A stretch of DNA of 50,143 nucleotides from positions 1-50,143 of IMG/VR virus record IMGVR_UViG_3300031953_000025; one strand, 5' to 3'. Numbering within the stretch: the first letter of the stretch is position 1; each line of letters starts with the position of its first letter. Positions 7,926-16,803 of the stretch are shown here, piece after piece. The translations under genes were made by a program, and so were the position numbers. Source of the stretch: a virus. Lineage: Duplodnaviria > Caudoviricetes. The notes under the pieces are model-generated. The model saw nothing but the letters and a program-made list of their open reading frames with translations, searched no databases and was not told where the DNA came from.

Positions 7926-8986
7926 GATGCGGGCTTATAAGTGAATTCACCGACGAGATGGTCGCCGGAGTCCCACGCGAAAGGGGCTGTAGCAGTGATG
8001 GGCGCGGCCACTCCCGTGCCGGGCGCTGCCAGCAGGCGAGCAGCCGTGGTTGACCCCGAAATGGCCGAGATGCGGCCCTCCCACGTCGCCACAGCTGACA
8101 CATCGTAAAGAGTCATGATGCCCATGTACTTGGTCGGCGTACGGAAGGGCGCAGCGGGCACCGGCAGAGTCATGGTCGGGATGGTTCCCACCGCTTGGCC
8201 GCTCGTGCCGATTATGTACGCGAAATTTACGTGCACGAGGTCGCCTTCGTAACGCCATTCAGCGAAAGTCAGTGCTGCCCCGCCAGTACCGATTACGAGG
8301 TTCGTCAGCGTCGGTGAGTATGTAACCCACGGTGACGTCCCGAAGCGAGCCCAGGTAGAACCGGCACGTGTATATTCAGCACCGTCAGCAAGAACGAACA
8401 CGTGCTGGCCCGGTGTTGCAGTGGTATAGAGATCCCGATCATTAGCCGTGCGGAATAGGAGTACCCCGCCAGTCGTGGTCGTGTACTGGTACGTATTCGT
8501 GATGACCACGCCCGCCGAGCTGGTGGCCGTAGCAGTGGACGGGATCGTGATCGTTGCCAACTCGACCGCGCCTGCAATACCTGCGACAGACGGCTTCGTT
8601 GGGGATGCCGCTGAGGTCCCTATTGCGACGCCGAACACGGGCAGGTTGTTCGCGTCCGCATACGGTGGGACGGACTCGTTCTGCTTAAAGTAGAGCACGT
8701 CGATCCGCGAGTTTGATGCGGGGGCTGCGTCGAGAACCGGGGACTGCGCGACACCATCGTTCGACATGAACAGGGGCCCGCCGCCACGAACGGACGCGCC
8801 CTCGAATGCGGCAACGTCCAGCATCATGTCAGCGCGGGAAGTGACCAGCGCGTTCGTGTGGCGCGGAAAGATGCCCGCACGAGGGTTACCAACCGTGTCG
8901 CGGACGATCAGCCCGGCAAGCCCCTTGCGAAGATCAGCAGAATCAGCAACGCCGGGAGCGCCGGGGAAAGAATCAGTCAAGGCCAC
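7922..8986 (-). CDS. Minor tail / receptor-binding protein
   Basis: AAPASNSRIDV...PTKP...ELATITIP N-terminal module and WVTYSPT...FTY C-terminal module; GTG start with GGAG SD. Confidence 0.8.
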   Translation of the reverse strand: MALTDSFPGAPGVADSADLRKGLAGLIVRDTVGNPRAGIFPRHTNALVTSRADMMLDVAAFEGASVRGGGPLFMSNDGVAQSPVLDAAPASNSRIDVLYFKQNESVPPYADANNLPVFGVAIGTSAASPTKPSVAGIAGAVELATITIPSTATATSSAGVVITNTYQYTTTTGGVLLFRTANDRDLYTTATPGQHVFVLADGAEYTRAGSTWARFGTSPWVTYSPTLTNLVIGTGGAALTFAEWRYEGDLVHVNFAYIIGTSGQAVGTIPTMTLPVPAAPFRTPTKYMGIMTLYDVSAVATWEGRISAISGSTTAARLLAAPGTGVAAPITATAPFAWDSGDHLVGEFTYKPAS

Positions 8987-9016
8987 GATGGGCTCCAATC
9001 AGTTGAAGAGAAAAGA

Positions 9017-9871
9017 TCACCAGAACGCCGGGCTGGTACGTGAAACGAGTGTCGGTGTGCCTGTGACAGCACCTAAAGAGTTGAACTGGATCTCGCGTGA
9101 GCCACTAGCAGGAACCGACCACCATTCGGACCGCGTCAGGGACCCCGACACATCCGACTGGCCGTCGATCGACGCCCGACCGGTACGCGGATTCAGGTAG
9201 ACAGTGGAGCCGAGAGGGATAGGCCGCTCGAACCGCACGACCCGGCCTGTGCTCGTCTCCGTCAGCTCGAACCCACCCGATAGGCCGCCCGTGATCTCCA
9301 AGAGCGAGTACGTCTCAGCAGTCCCCGGATTCCCGGTGACGACCCGGCCAGGATTACCTGGCGTGCCGTAGTTGATCGGATACACGATTGGGTAGGCAAG
9401 GCCGCCGCCGGCCGTTGGAAGGCCGGTGGTGACCGTGACAGCTGGGCCGTACCGCAGAGGATCCGGCGCGAGCATATCGATCTCAAACGTGAAACTCTTC
9501 GAGAACTTGTCCTCTCGAACCGGAGACGACCGCACGGACACAACGCGGGACGTCGGCCCGAGATCGTCCGTCACGGTGACGGCCCCCAGCTTCCGGCGAA
9601 CGACGGCCGAGTTGAACGCATTGATCATCGTCAAAACGTCAGCCCACGTTTTGCCGTCGTACCAACCCGTGACGGTGAAGACCGCTGCGGCCCGCCAATC
9701 GTCCTCGATGCCGTTGGCGCCGTCAGCCTGGGCACGCTCGTGCACGTCCGACTTCGACTCAGCGCCCGTATACCAATCACCAAGGTCGTTGAAGTAGAAA
9801 TGGCCCGGGGGCATGCCGGCCTCACCCTCCAAGAAGGTGAGGCCGCCGATGGTGAACGTCGTCATGCTCAA
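9017..9871 (-). CDS. Distal tail protein (Dit-like)
   Basis: Follows TMP; APDPLRYG, YPIVYPINYG, NPGTAET motifs. Confidence 0.8.
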   Translation of the reverse strand: MSMTTFTIGGLTFLEGEAGMPPGHFYFNDLGDWYTGAESKSDVHERAQADGANGIEDDWRAAAVFTVTGWYDGKTWADVLTMINAFNSAVVRRKLGAVTVTDDLGPTSRVVSVRSSPVREDKFSKSFTFEIDMLAPDPLRYGPAVTVTTGLPTAGGGLAYPIVYPINYGTPGNPGRVVTGNPGTAETYSLLEITGGLSGGFELTETSTGRVVRFERPIPLGSTVYLNPRTGRASIDGQSDVSGSLTRSEWWSVPASGSREIQFNSLGAVTGTPTLVSRTSPAFW

Positions 9872-12800
9872 CCTGCCATCTGGTCGGTGAACTCGCGGGC
9901 GAGCTGCTTCGCGAGAATGCGCGGATCCTCATTCGGTGGGGTGGTGACGTTGATGTCGCCAGTCCAAGAAGCTCGTGCCGACGTCGACCGCGGGCCCGGC
10001 ATACTGCCATTTGCGAATGACTGCACGCCATACGGCACCAGCTGGTACCCGAACTGCCCAGCGACGTCTTCGAGGATCGCCGTTGACCGGCCGCGCTTAG
10101 CCGGCGCCATGGGGATATACGCCTCGCCGCCGGTCTCGGGCTCAGCCCAGACGCGCATCGCGCCGGCACGTTCGATCTGTGCCACGTGGCGTTCGCTCGT
10201 TCCGCCGTTGGCGAAGTACTGGACGACCCCACCGTCTGCCTGCTTGACGGCAGGGAGCAGCACGCCGAGGCCATTGCCGTACGTTCCGTACGACCCCGCT
10301 GTTGTTGCCTGAATCCTGAGTGAGTCAAAGAAGACGCGGGCCTTCTCAGTCGCTTTTGCGGTCTCAATATCGATCGATGGCTGAAATCCCTCGATCTTGA
10401 TTCCATAGTCGACGAGGATCTGCTCGACAGTAGCCGTGCCGGCAGAGAGCTTGGTAGCGATCTCGTTGGCCGCATCCGTTCCGAGCTGTGCGCTGGCAGC
10501 GTCAATGACAGTCTTGCTGTCGGTCAGCCGTGTTGCGAAAGCCCCGGTCGCGTTCCCCGCCTGCTCAGCGAAGAGAGTCTCAAGCCGTGCGAGCTCGTCA
10601 GACGAGGCATTGACCAGGTCAGCGACGAGCGGCGCACCCTCCGGGCCCATCTTGCGCAGTTCCTCAAGAGTGCCTTCGGACACCTTCCCAGCAAGGGAGA
10701 CCATGTTCGATTCCCAGTTGTTCTGGTTATCGACCATCGTCTGCAACTCAGCGAGGTAGTCATCGAGCCCGACAGAGAACCCGTCGTAGTAGTCCTCCCA
10801 CGAGTCCTTGCTGGAATCGGTTGCATCGGCAGTTGCCTGGGCAGTGTCCTTGTTCTTCTGAATGATCGTGTCGTAGGCGCCGCCGAGATCCATGAACGCA
10901 GCATCAGTGGCAGCGAGGTCGGCCAAGTGATCGGCGTCAGCCTTCGTGACGACCTCAGCAGCTGCTTTGGTCGCTGCGGCGGCCTTTTCCGTAGACGCTG
11001 CCGCTACATCGGTAGCGTCTGTCTTCTGCATCCAGATGCGTTGCGAATCTGAGACGGCATCTGACTCACCGGAGATTGCAGACATCATGAGGTCATACGC
11101 ATTTAGCCTGTCAACATCCCCCTTTTTGATGTCGTCAAATGATGCTTTTACGCGCTTGTATGCGTCGGCGTTACCGAGAGCAGCGTCTGTTACATCGTCA
11201 AGGCTGACTCCGAGCTTTTCTGCTGCATCGTAGGCGCTCCCTTGACTCATCCAGAGCCACGACTTCTCGGTAGCAAGATTGGCTTTCGCAGTATCGCGCG
11301 AGTTCTCCGTGATTTTGCCAGTCAGCTCGTCGAGAGTGTCAATGTAGCTGTCAGTCTTCGCCTTGGCGTCTGCCTGCGCTGAGGCCCACGCACCGAACGT
11401 GATGGCTGCTGCCGTGATGGCGATGCCGACAATACCGCCGGCCAGTGCGGTCTTGCCCATGGTGGAGTTCAGGGTCTGGAGCGCAGTACGAAACGCTGCG
11501 ATCTTCGGGACGGCGAGCAGGAACGTGCCGCCGAGTAGTAGTGCGGCACCGGTTGCGACGCCGATGGTCAGGACTGTGCCCTGCAGACCTTCGTCGAGTG
11601 AGCCGTACCAGTCGGTGACGCCGATGAGGATCTGGACCATGTCGCGCAGGACGCCGTTCGCCTGTCCGCCGGTCTTGATGAGGATGGAGTCCATGGAGCC
11701 GCCGAGCAGTTCAAGGTCTCCCATGAGGTTGTCGGTCTTGTCGGCGGCTTGCTTGGCGGCGAAGCCCTGATCGTCGACGTTGTCGGTCCACTCTTTGACG
11801 CCTTTCGCGCCGGACTTGTAGAGGATGCCGGCGGCACTGGCAGCCTCTGCACCGAAGATAGCGCCGAGTGCTGCGGAACGGGTCTGCTCGTCGAGGCCGC
11901 CGAGGCCCTTCCGCAGTTGTTCTGCAGTGTCCTGCATGCCCACGAAATTGCCGGAGGCATCGAACACGTTGATGCCGTACTTTTCCATCTCTGCGGCGCC
12001 CTTGGCAACTGGAGCAGTGAGAGACGAGATGACGCTGCGGAGGCCGGTTCCGGCCTTCTCGCCGAGCAGGCCGTTTGCGGCCAGCAGTGCCAGCGTGCCA
12101 ACGGTGTCTTCGAGGGGGATGTTGAGTCGGGCGAAGCTGACGCCGATGTAGCCGAGGCCGAGGGAGAGGTCTTCGACCGAGCCTTGCGCCTTGCCCGCGC
12201 CGGCAGCGAGCAGGTCGGCGACGTGCCCGGCCTGATCGCCAGCCAGCCCGAAGACTGACAGGGTCGTGGCGGCGATTTCAGCGGCCCGGGCTACTTCCAG
12301 CTCACCAGCAGCTGCGAGGGCCAGTGAGCCAGCCAGGCCACCCGCGAGGATGTCACTGACAGCCACGCCAGCCTTGGCCAGTTCGGTCTGCGCCTGCGCG
12401 GCTTCCCGCGCCGAGTAGATCGACGATGCGCCCAGCTCGATGGCCGACTCCTTGAGCAGCTTCTGCTGCTCAACCGTCGCCTGCGTAGCTGCCGTCGTCT
12501 TGGAGCTAGCCTCGTCGAACTTGGCATACGTACCAACGGCGATTCCTGCGACGGCGAGGAACGCCGCACCGATGCCGAACGCAGCGGTACCGATGACCTT
12601 GCCAGCCTCATCTGACTGCTTCTTGAGCGCTGCTACCTCTGACGCGGTCTGTTTGACCTTGGGCGCGGCCGTGGCTGATTCGTCGCCGAGCTTCTTCGTT
12701 GCTGTGCCGGCACCCTCGACGGGTGCCTTGGCGTCCTTGCTGGCCTTGCCGGTCTTGTCGACCTCGGTGCCGAGTGGGGCGACCTTCTTCGACGAGGCCT

Positions 12801-12912
12801 CGGCGGACTTGCCGAGGTCAGAGACTGCCTTGTCAGCGGCTTTCGCGTCCTGCTGGAATACCTCCGCTCCCATCATCTGAAGGGCGAAGCTGATTGCGCC
12901 TGCGTTGAACAC
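9868..12912 (-). CDS. Tape measure protein (TP901 family)
   Basis: 1014 aa Ala-rich; GEKAGTGLR, DNLMGDLELL, FANGG...WAEPETGGEAYIP. Confidence 0.95.
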   Translation of the reverse strand: MFNAGAISFALQMMGAEVFQQDAKAADKAVSDLGKSAEASSKKVAPLGTEVDKTGKASKDAKAPVEGAGTATKKLGDESATAAPKVKQTASEVAALKKQSDEAGKVIGTAAFGIGAAFLAVAGIAVGTYAKFDEASSKTTAATQATVEQQKLLKESAIELGASSIYSAREAAQAQTELAKAGVAVSDILAGGLAGSLALAAAGELEVARAAEIAATTLSVFGLAGDQAGHVADLLAAGAGKAQGSVEDLSLGLGYIGVSFARLNIPLEDTVGTLALLAANGLLGEKAGTGLRSVISSLTAPVAKGAAEMEKYGINVFDASGNFVGMQDTAEQLRKGLGGLDEQTRSAALGAIFGAEAASAAGILYKSGAKGVKEWTDNVDDQGFAAKQAADKTDNLMGDLELLGGSMDSILIKTGGQANGVLRDMVQILIGVTDWYGSLDEGLQGTVLTIGVATGAALLLGGTFLLAVPKIAAFRTALQTLNSTMGKTALAGGIVGIAITAAAITFGAWASAQADAKAKTDSYIDTLDELTGKITENSRDTAKANLATEKSWLWMSQGSAYDAAEKLGVSLDDVTDAALGNADAYKRVKASFDDIKKGDVDRLNAYDLMMSAISGESDAVSDSQRIWMQKTDATDVAAASTEKAAAATKAAAEVVTKADADHLADLAATDAAFMDLGGAYDTIIQKNKDTAQATADATDSSKDSWEDYYDGFSVGLDDYLAELQTMVDNQNNWESNMVSLAGKVSEGTLEELRKMGPEGAPLVADLVNASSDELARLETLFAEQAGNATGAFATRLTDSKTVIDAASAQLGTDAANEIATKLSAGTATVEQILVDYGIKIEGFQPSIDIETAKATEKARVFFDSLRIQATTAGSYGTYGNGLGVLLPAVKQADGGVVQYFANGGTSERHVAQIERAGAMRVWAEPETGGEAYIPMAPAKRGRSTAILEDVAGQFGYQLVPYGVQSFANGSMPGPRSTSARASWTGDINVTTPPNEDPRILAKQLAREFTDQMAG

Positions 12913-13303
12913 CGGCCATCACCTCTTTCTGTAACCAGGACGACTCGGGGTCGTCGATGAGGCGGTGAATGGCGGACCTGACGAAATGCCATGTGCGGGT
13001 GTCGAGCGCCCGGTCAAGGTCCGGGATGAGGCCGTGCTGGGCGAGGTCGAGTTCGACCTCGCCGAAAAACTGCGGCAGTACGAGAGTCCAGAGCTCTATT
13101 GCGGTGATGCTCCGGGCGTTGGTGTCGACTGCTTCGGTTTGCGTGACCGCTTGGCGGCCGGCAGCTTGTCGACGGTCGTAGTACTCGCGTCGGTAGGCCG
13201 GATAGGTGCCTGTAACCGGATCAGGTGTTCCAAGGCCCCACTTGGCGCGGTCTGCGTTGGTGAGATCCCCAAACTCATGGTCAGGAGCAGGAGTGCTTTT
13301 TTT
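12833..13303 (-). CDS. -1 frameshift extension of tail assembly chaperone (gpGT-like)
   Basis: A7 slippery run 13297-13303; -1 frame open to TGA 12833-12835 (STPAPDHEFGD...WGLGTPDPVTGTYPAYR...RTWHFVRSAIHRLID...). Confidence 0.75.
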   Translation of the reverse strand, partial: KKSTPAPDHEFGDLTNADRAKWGLGTPDPVTGTYPAYRREYYDRRQAAGRQAVTQTEAVDTNARSITAIELWTLVLPQFFGEVELDLAQHGLIPDLDRALDTRTWHFVRSAIHRLIDDPESSWLQKEVMAGVQRRRNQLRPSDDGSGGIPAGRESR

Positions 13304-13632
13304 GCGCCAGCCATGCCTTCACCGCCGGTCAGGTAGGCGTTGACGCCATCGAGGCCGAGCACGGTTTGCCAGTAGAACGCGGGGAGCAGGACGGACTGAC
13401 CCTCGGTGAGGCTGAGGTCTTCCTGCACCTGCTCGTACACCTCGGGCCCGACAGCTTCGGCGAGTAGGGCTTCCATGTCGGTGCTGGGGCGTTGGCTGGC
13501 GCAGACCTCAAGGAAGAGGTTCGTGAGTGCCTGGCCGCGGCGGCCGCTGAGCGGTTTGATGACGAAGGGCTCGTCGATGCCGTCGATGTGGATGTGGAGG
13601 TTACGGCCTTCGAGTGATGCGGTGGTGGTCAT
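13096..13632 (-). CDS. Tail assembly chaperone (gpG-like)
   Basis: Between major tail and TMP; contains the slippery site. Confidence 0.8.
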   Translation of the reverse strand: MTTTASLEGRNLHIHIDGIDEPFVIKPLSGRRGQALTNLFLEVCASQRPSTDMEALLAEAVGPEVYEQVQEDLSLTEGQSVLLPAFYWQTVLGLDGVNAYLTGGEGMAGAKKALLLLTMSLGISPTQTAPSGALEHLIRLQAPIRPTDASTTTVDKLPAAKRSRKPKQSTPTPGASPQ

Positions 13633-13671
13633 AGTGATGTCTCCCTGCAGAGGTTGGTGCGGATGGTGGGG

Positions 13672-13701
13672 CCCCGGGCGGCCAGTGACGGCCGCCCGGG
13701 G
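13672..13701. terminator. Perfect 12-bp GC hairpin after major tail gene
   Basis: CCCCGGGCGGCC-AGTGAC-GGCCGCCCGGGG; no U-tract, so may be a stabilising/attenuating stem. Confidence 0.55.
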
Positions 13702-13706
13702 TGGTG

Positions 13707-14450
13707 CTACGCGCGGATGTAACCGAACGAGGTGCTGTCGCCAATGGCGTTGGTCAGTACGATCGGCGCGGACCCGGCAGTGCCGGCGGGCATTTCGAGC
13801 ACGACGATGTTCGGCTCGCCGGGGATCTGCTCGATCGACGTGATCGTGACAGCGCCGATGGTTGCGGCCGTGATGTTCGCGACGTTGTAGCCGCGCACAA
13901 ACACGCTCTCGGTGGCTGCAGCCTGCGTGGGCAGCGCAGACTCAACGATGGGAATTCCGGACCCGGAGATGGGGCTGGTGATGATGCCAACCGGGCCGTC
14001 GCTGGTGAGGGTGAAGGACCAGACGAGCTTGTCCTTGAATCCGGTGGTCGACTTGACCGCGGCGACCGAGTACGAACCCTCGAGCGCGATCATGTTCTCG
14101 TCGCGGCCGTCGAAGGTCTGGGCGTCGAGCTTGTTGTCGGCACCGGTTGAGCGGGCGACCTTGAGCAGCTCGACGAGCCATGCCTGGGCGATGCGGCCGA
14201 GGCTGTCGCGCACGCCTTCCACGGTGAACGTGATGACCTGCGTGTAGGCGAGAACGTTGGTGCTGTCGGTGCCCTTGAGACCGTAGGCCTCACGCTGCAC
14301 GGTGACCGGGGTCGGAGTGTTGACGAGGGCGTTGACGTCGCCGGTGATGTTCTCGAAGACACCGGCGCGCTTGACGCGGACGATGTCTTCGTGGGCGAGA
14401 GCGAGAGTGCCGTCGGTGACGACGGTGTTGTCGAAGATGGTGCTGGTCAT
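13707..14450 (-). CDS. Major tail protein with C-terminal Ig/IPT-like domain
   Basis: Synteny; WSFTLTSDG tube motif; C-terminal beta-strand domain ending FGYIRA; GGAG SD before ATG 14450. Confidence 0.85.
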   Translation of the reverse strand: MTSTIFDNTVVTDGTLALAHEDIVRVKRAGVFENITGDVNALVNTPTPVTVQREAYGLKGTDSTNVLAYTQVITFTVEGVRDSLGRIAQAWLVELLKVARSTGADNKLDAQTFDGRDENMIALEGSYSVAAVKSTTGFKDKLVWSFTLTSDGPVGIITSPISGSGIPIVESALPTQAAATESVFVRGYNVANITAATIGAVTITSIEQIPGEPNIVVLEMPAGTAGSAPIVLTNAIGDSTSFGYIRA

Positions 14451-14522
14451 GGGGTCTCCAATTGGGGTGATGCCGGGCATGCCGGCTGAACCCCACACGG
14501 TTGTGGGGAGGTTGATGGGGTG

Positions 14523-14951
14523 TTATTGCGGGCGACGGCCGGTCATGTGAAAGGTCTGGATCGTGGCGCAGCGGCCGGAAGAGTCGGCGGAGAGCGAGAG
14601 CGACGAGAACAGCTCGCACCAGGCGACATTCATCCCGGGCGGCACGTTCTGCTTCTGGTCGAGGGTGCCGCTGATCAAAGCCGCGAAATTCTCGGCGGCG
14701 ATGCTAGATCCTTTGATGCGGGATATGACCTGTACGCGGTACAGCATCCCGGCGCGGCCGTCAGCGATTGGCGAGAGCCAGGACAGCACGATGCAGTTGT
14801 CGAGAGTTGTGGGCAGCGTCGGGCCGTTGGTGTAGATGCCGCGGTCGGTAGATGCGTAGTTGGACGTGGAGTACACGCCGGCTCCCTGGTCCGCGAGGTA
14901 CTGCGCGAGAACCCGGCGAAAGATGATCGGGTATGCGTCAGGATCCGCCAC
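14523..14951 (-). CDS. Tail terminator / minor capsid-like protein
   Basis: Synteny; LAQYLADQGAG, YRVQVISR pattern; GTG start. Confidence 0.7.
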   Translation of the reverse strand: MADPDAYPIIFRRVLAQYLADQGAGVYSTSNYASTDRGIYTNGPTLPTTLDNCIVLSWLSPIADGRAGMLYRVQVISRIKGSSIAAENFAALISGTLDQKQNVPPGMNVAWCELFSSLSLSADSSGRCATIQTFHMTGRRPQ

Positions 14952-15348
14952 GTTTGGCCTCCGTCTCAACGATCTTGCGCAGCTCGTCGGCGTTCTGCAG
15001 GGCCGGGTCGGACAGATAGTGCGACTTGCGGCCGTTCTGGAAGTTCGAGTTACCCATGTAGTGGCGGCCGAGGTTGTCGACGAGTTCGCCGTCCTCATGC
15101 CATCGGGCCGCGTAGGGCGTGTCGTACGTGACTAGGGTCTCGTCGCCGAGCGTGGTGGCCGGGTCGACCTCGCCTGAGGCGATGAGGGTGCCGCCGCCGC
15201 CCGAGTCGAGCGGCGCCTCGGCAGCGGACAGGCCGAGCAGTCGTTCGCCGGCGAGGTTCTGCCCCTTGATCGCACCGAGCAGTATGTCGGCGATCATGCC
15301 ATCGAGGTTGTTGGTGAAGGTGACGGCCGCGCGAATCTCGGCTGGCAT
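14938..15348 (-). CDS. Neck / minor capsid protein
   Basis: APLDSG..TLIASG, YDTPYAARWHE, KSHYL motifs. Confidence 0.8.
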   Translation of the reverse strand: MPAEIRAAVTFTNNLDGMIADILLGAIKGQNLAGERLLGLSAAEAPLDSGGGGTLIASGEVDPATTLGDETLVTYDTPYAARWHEDGELVDNLGRHYMGNSNFQNGRKSHYLSDPALQNADELRKIVETEAKRGGS

Positions 15349-15356
15349 TGTGCCTC

Positions 15357-15695
15357 CTAGATGTACAGCTCGACGTGGGTGGGCGCGCCCTTGTAATCCA
15401 AGAGGGCGCTATTGATGACTTCCGCTTCGTGCTCGCGGGGAGTGCCAGCCCACACGGTGACGCGGGAGCGAGGCAGAGTGTCGTCCTCGACGAGCAGAAC
15501 GACGAACGCTGTCGAGGTGATCTCCTGGCCAGCGGTCGATGAGGTCGAGCGGCGGTCGACGATGAGGCGTGACTTCTGCTCGACGTACGCGGGCGCACTC
15601 ACCGGGTCGGCCCATGTTGACCCCTCCGAGCCTTCGCCGGTCAGGCGCACGATGCTCACCGTGTGGGGAAGGTGCGACTTGCGCAGGCGGGCCAC
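15357..15695 (-). CDS. Head-to-tail stopper
   Basis: Synteny; 112 aa beta-rich, ends HVELYI. Confidence 0.75.
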   Translation of the reverse strand: MARLRKSHLPHTVSIVRLTGEGSEGSTWADPVSAPAYVEQKSRLIVDRRSTSSTAGQEITSTAFVVLLVEDDTLPRSRVTVWAGTPREHEAEVINSALLDYKGAPTHVELYI

Positions 15696-16105
15696 TACCG
15701 GTGCCAGACGGTCGAGCCGCGCAGGCCAGCGTTGGTGAGGATCGCAATGGCGCGGGTGCCGATGCGGGCCGCTGTAGCCTCGCCAGCGCTCTGGCGGGAG
15801 GAAGTCGTCCCCAAAGACACGGAGCCGATCTTCACAGCGCCAAGGCCTGCCTCAGCGCCAGTCGGATCGTCTGTGACCTCCCAGTGCACGACGATCGCGC
15901 ACGTCGCCTCGGTGAACGCATCCGATATGTCAGCGTCGGTGGGGTATCCATCCTCGTCGGTGGCGAACAGCGAGCGGGTGGTGAGAGATTCGACCTCGAT
16001 GGATGCGGCACGGAGGCGTTTGAGCAGCTTCGCATCGTCGCCGTTGAACGGGTCTTCGGCCTGGGCGGTGTAATCGACGGTGGTGGCGTAGACGCGCTGG
16101 GCCAT
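15695..16105 (-). CDS. Head-to-tail adaptor
   Basis: YATT, LRAASIEV, ATCA, VKIGSVSL, LTNAGL motifs. Confidence 0.8.
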   Translation of the reverse strand: MAQRVYATTVDYTAQAEDPFNGDDAKLLKRLRAASIEVESLTTRSLFATDEDGYPTDADISDAFTEATCAIVVHWEVTDDPTGAEAGLGAVKIGSVSLGTTSSRQSAGEATAARIGTRAIAILTNAGLRGSTVWHR

Positions 16106-16107
16106 GT

Positions 16108-16410
16108 TTAGACCTCCTGAGCGGTGGCAGTCGGCGACTGCGCTGCGATCGCGGCGAGGATTGCGGACTTCGTTCTGGCGCTGCCAATGTCGATGCCCTT
16201 CTCTGCCACATGGGCGATGAGCTTGGCTTTCGTCCAGTCGGACAGGTAGTCGAGCGGCTCTTCGACTTCGTATCCGTGCATCAGGTAGGCGTCGCGCAGG
16301 TTCGGGTCTTCGGTGAGGTCGACCTCGGCGTACCCGTCATGAAAGACGACACCGCCGAGACGATCGGTGAATGTGCCCGGCTGTGGGTTCGGGTGCTTGA
16401 TGCGGGACAT
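16108..16410 (-). CDS. Small virion-associated protein with C-terminal HeH/SAP-like motif
   Basis: WTKAKLIAHVAEKGIDIGSARTKSAILAAI; GGAGG SD before ATG 16410. Confidence 0.65.
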   Translation of the reverse strand: MSRIKHPNPQPGTFTDRLGGVVFHDGYAEVDLTEDPNLRDAYLMHGYEVEEPLDYLSDWTKAKLIAHVAEKGIDIGSARTKSAILAAIAAQSPTATAQEV

Positions 16411-16513
16411 GAGGCCTCCGTGAGGTTGAGCCACCCCGCCCTGTACAGGCAGAGCGGGGTGGGGAATGTGGGCACCGAAACTTCTGTCGCTTGGTGTCGA
16501 TATGGTGAGCGGC

Positions 16514-16750
16514 ATGAGCAGATCCATCGAATCCCTGCGCGCCATGAGCGATGCGGAAGTTATTGCCGAGCACGACTTGGCAGCGCAGCACACATCCGTA
16601 GGGACGGGCTACTGGGTGGACGAACTCGAGCGTCGTTCGCGAGATCGCTCCACTGCCGCGAGCAACCGCCTAGCGACAGCGTCGTTTTGGCTATCAATCG
16701 TGAGCACGGTGATCGCCGTTGCTGCGGTGATGGTGTCGATTCTCTACTGA
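16514..16750 (+). CDS. Small C-terminally anchored membrane protein (moron)
   Basis: Antisense insertion in head operon; TATGGT-N7-ATG; C-terminal TM. Confidence 0.65.
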   Translation: MSRSIESLRAMSDAEVIAEHDLAAQHTSVGTGYWVDELERRSRDRSTAASNRLATASFWLSIVSTVIAVAAVMVSILY

Positions 16751-16803
16751 GGCTTGCCACGGATGTGGTCAACCCCGCAGGCCCACCTGAGGTGCGTGTG
16801 GGG

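Noticed and set aside
7922-8986. Diversity-generating retroelement or invertible tail-fibre cassette
   Set aside because: No reverse transcriptase, invertase or template/variable repeat pair seen
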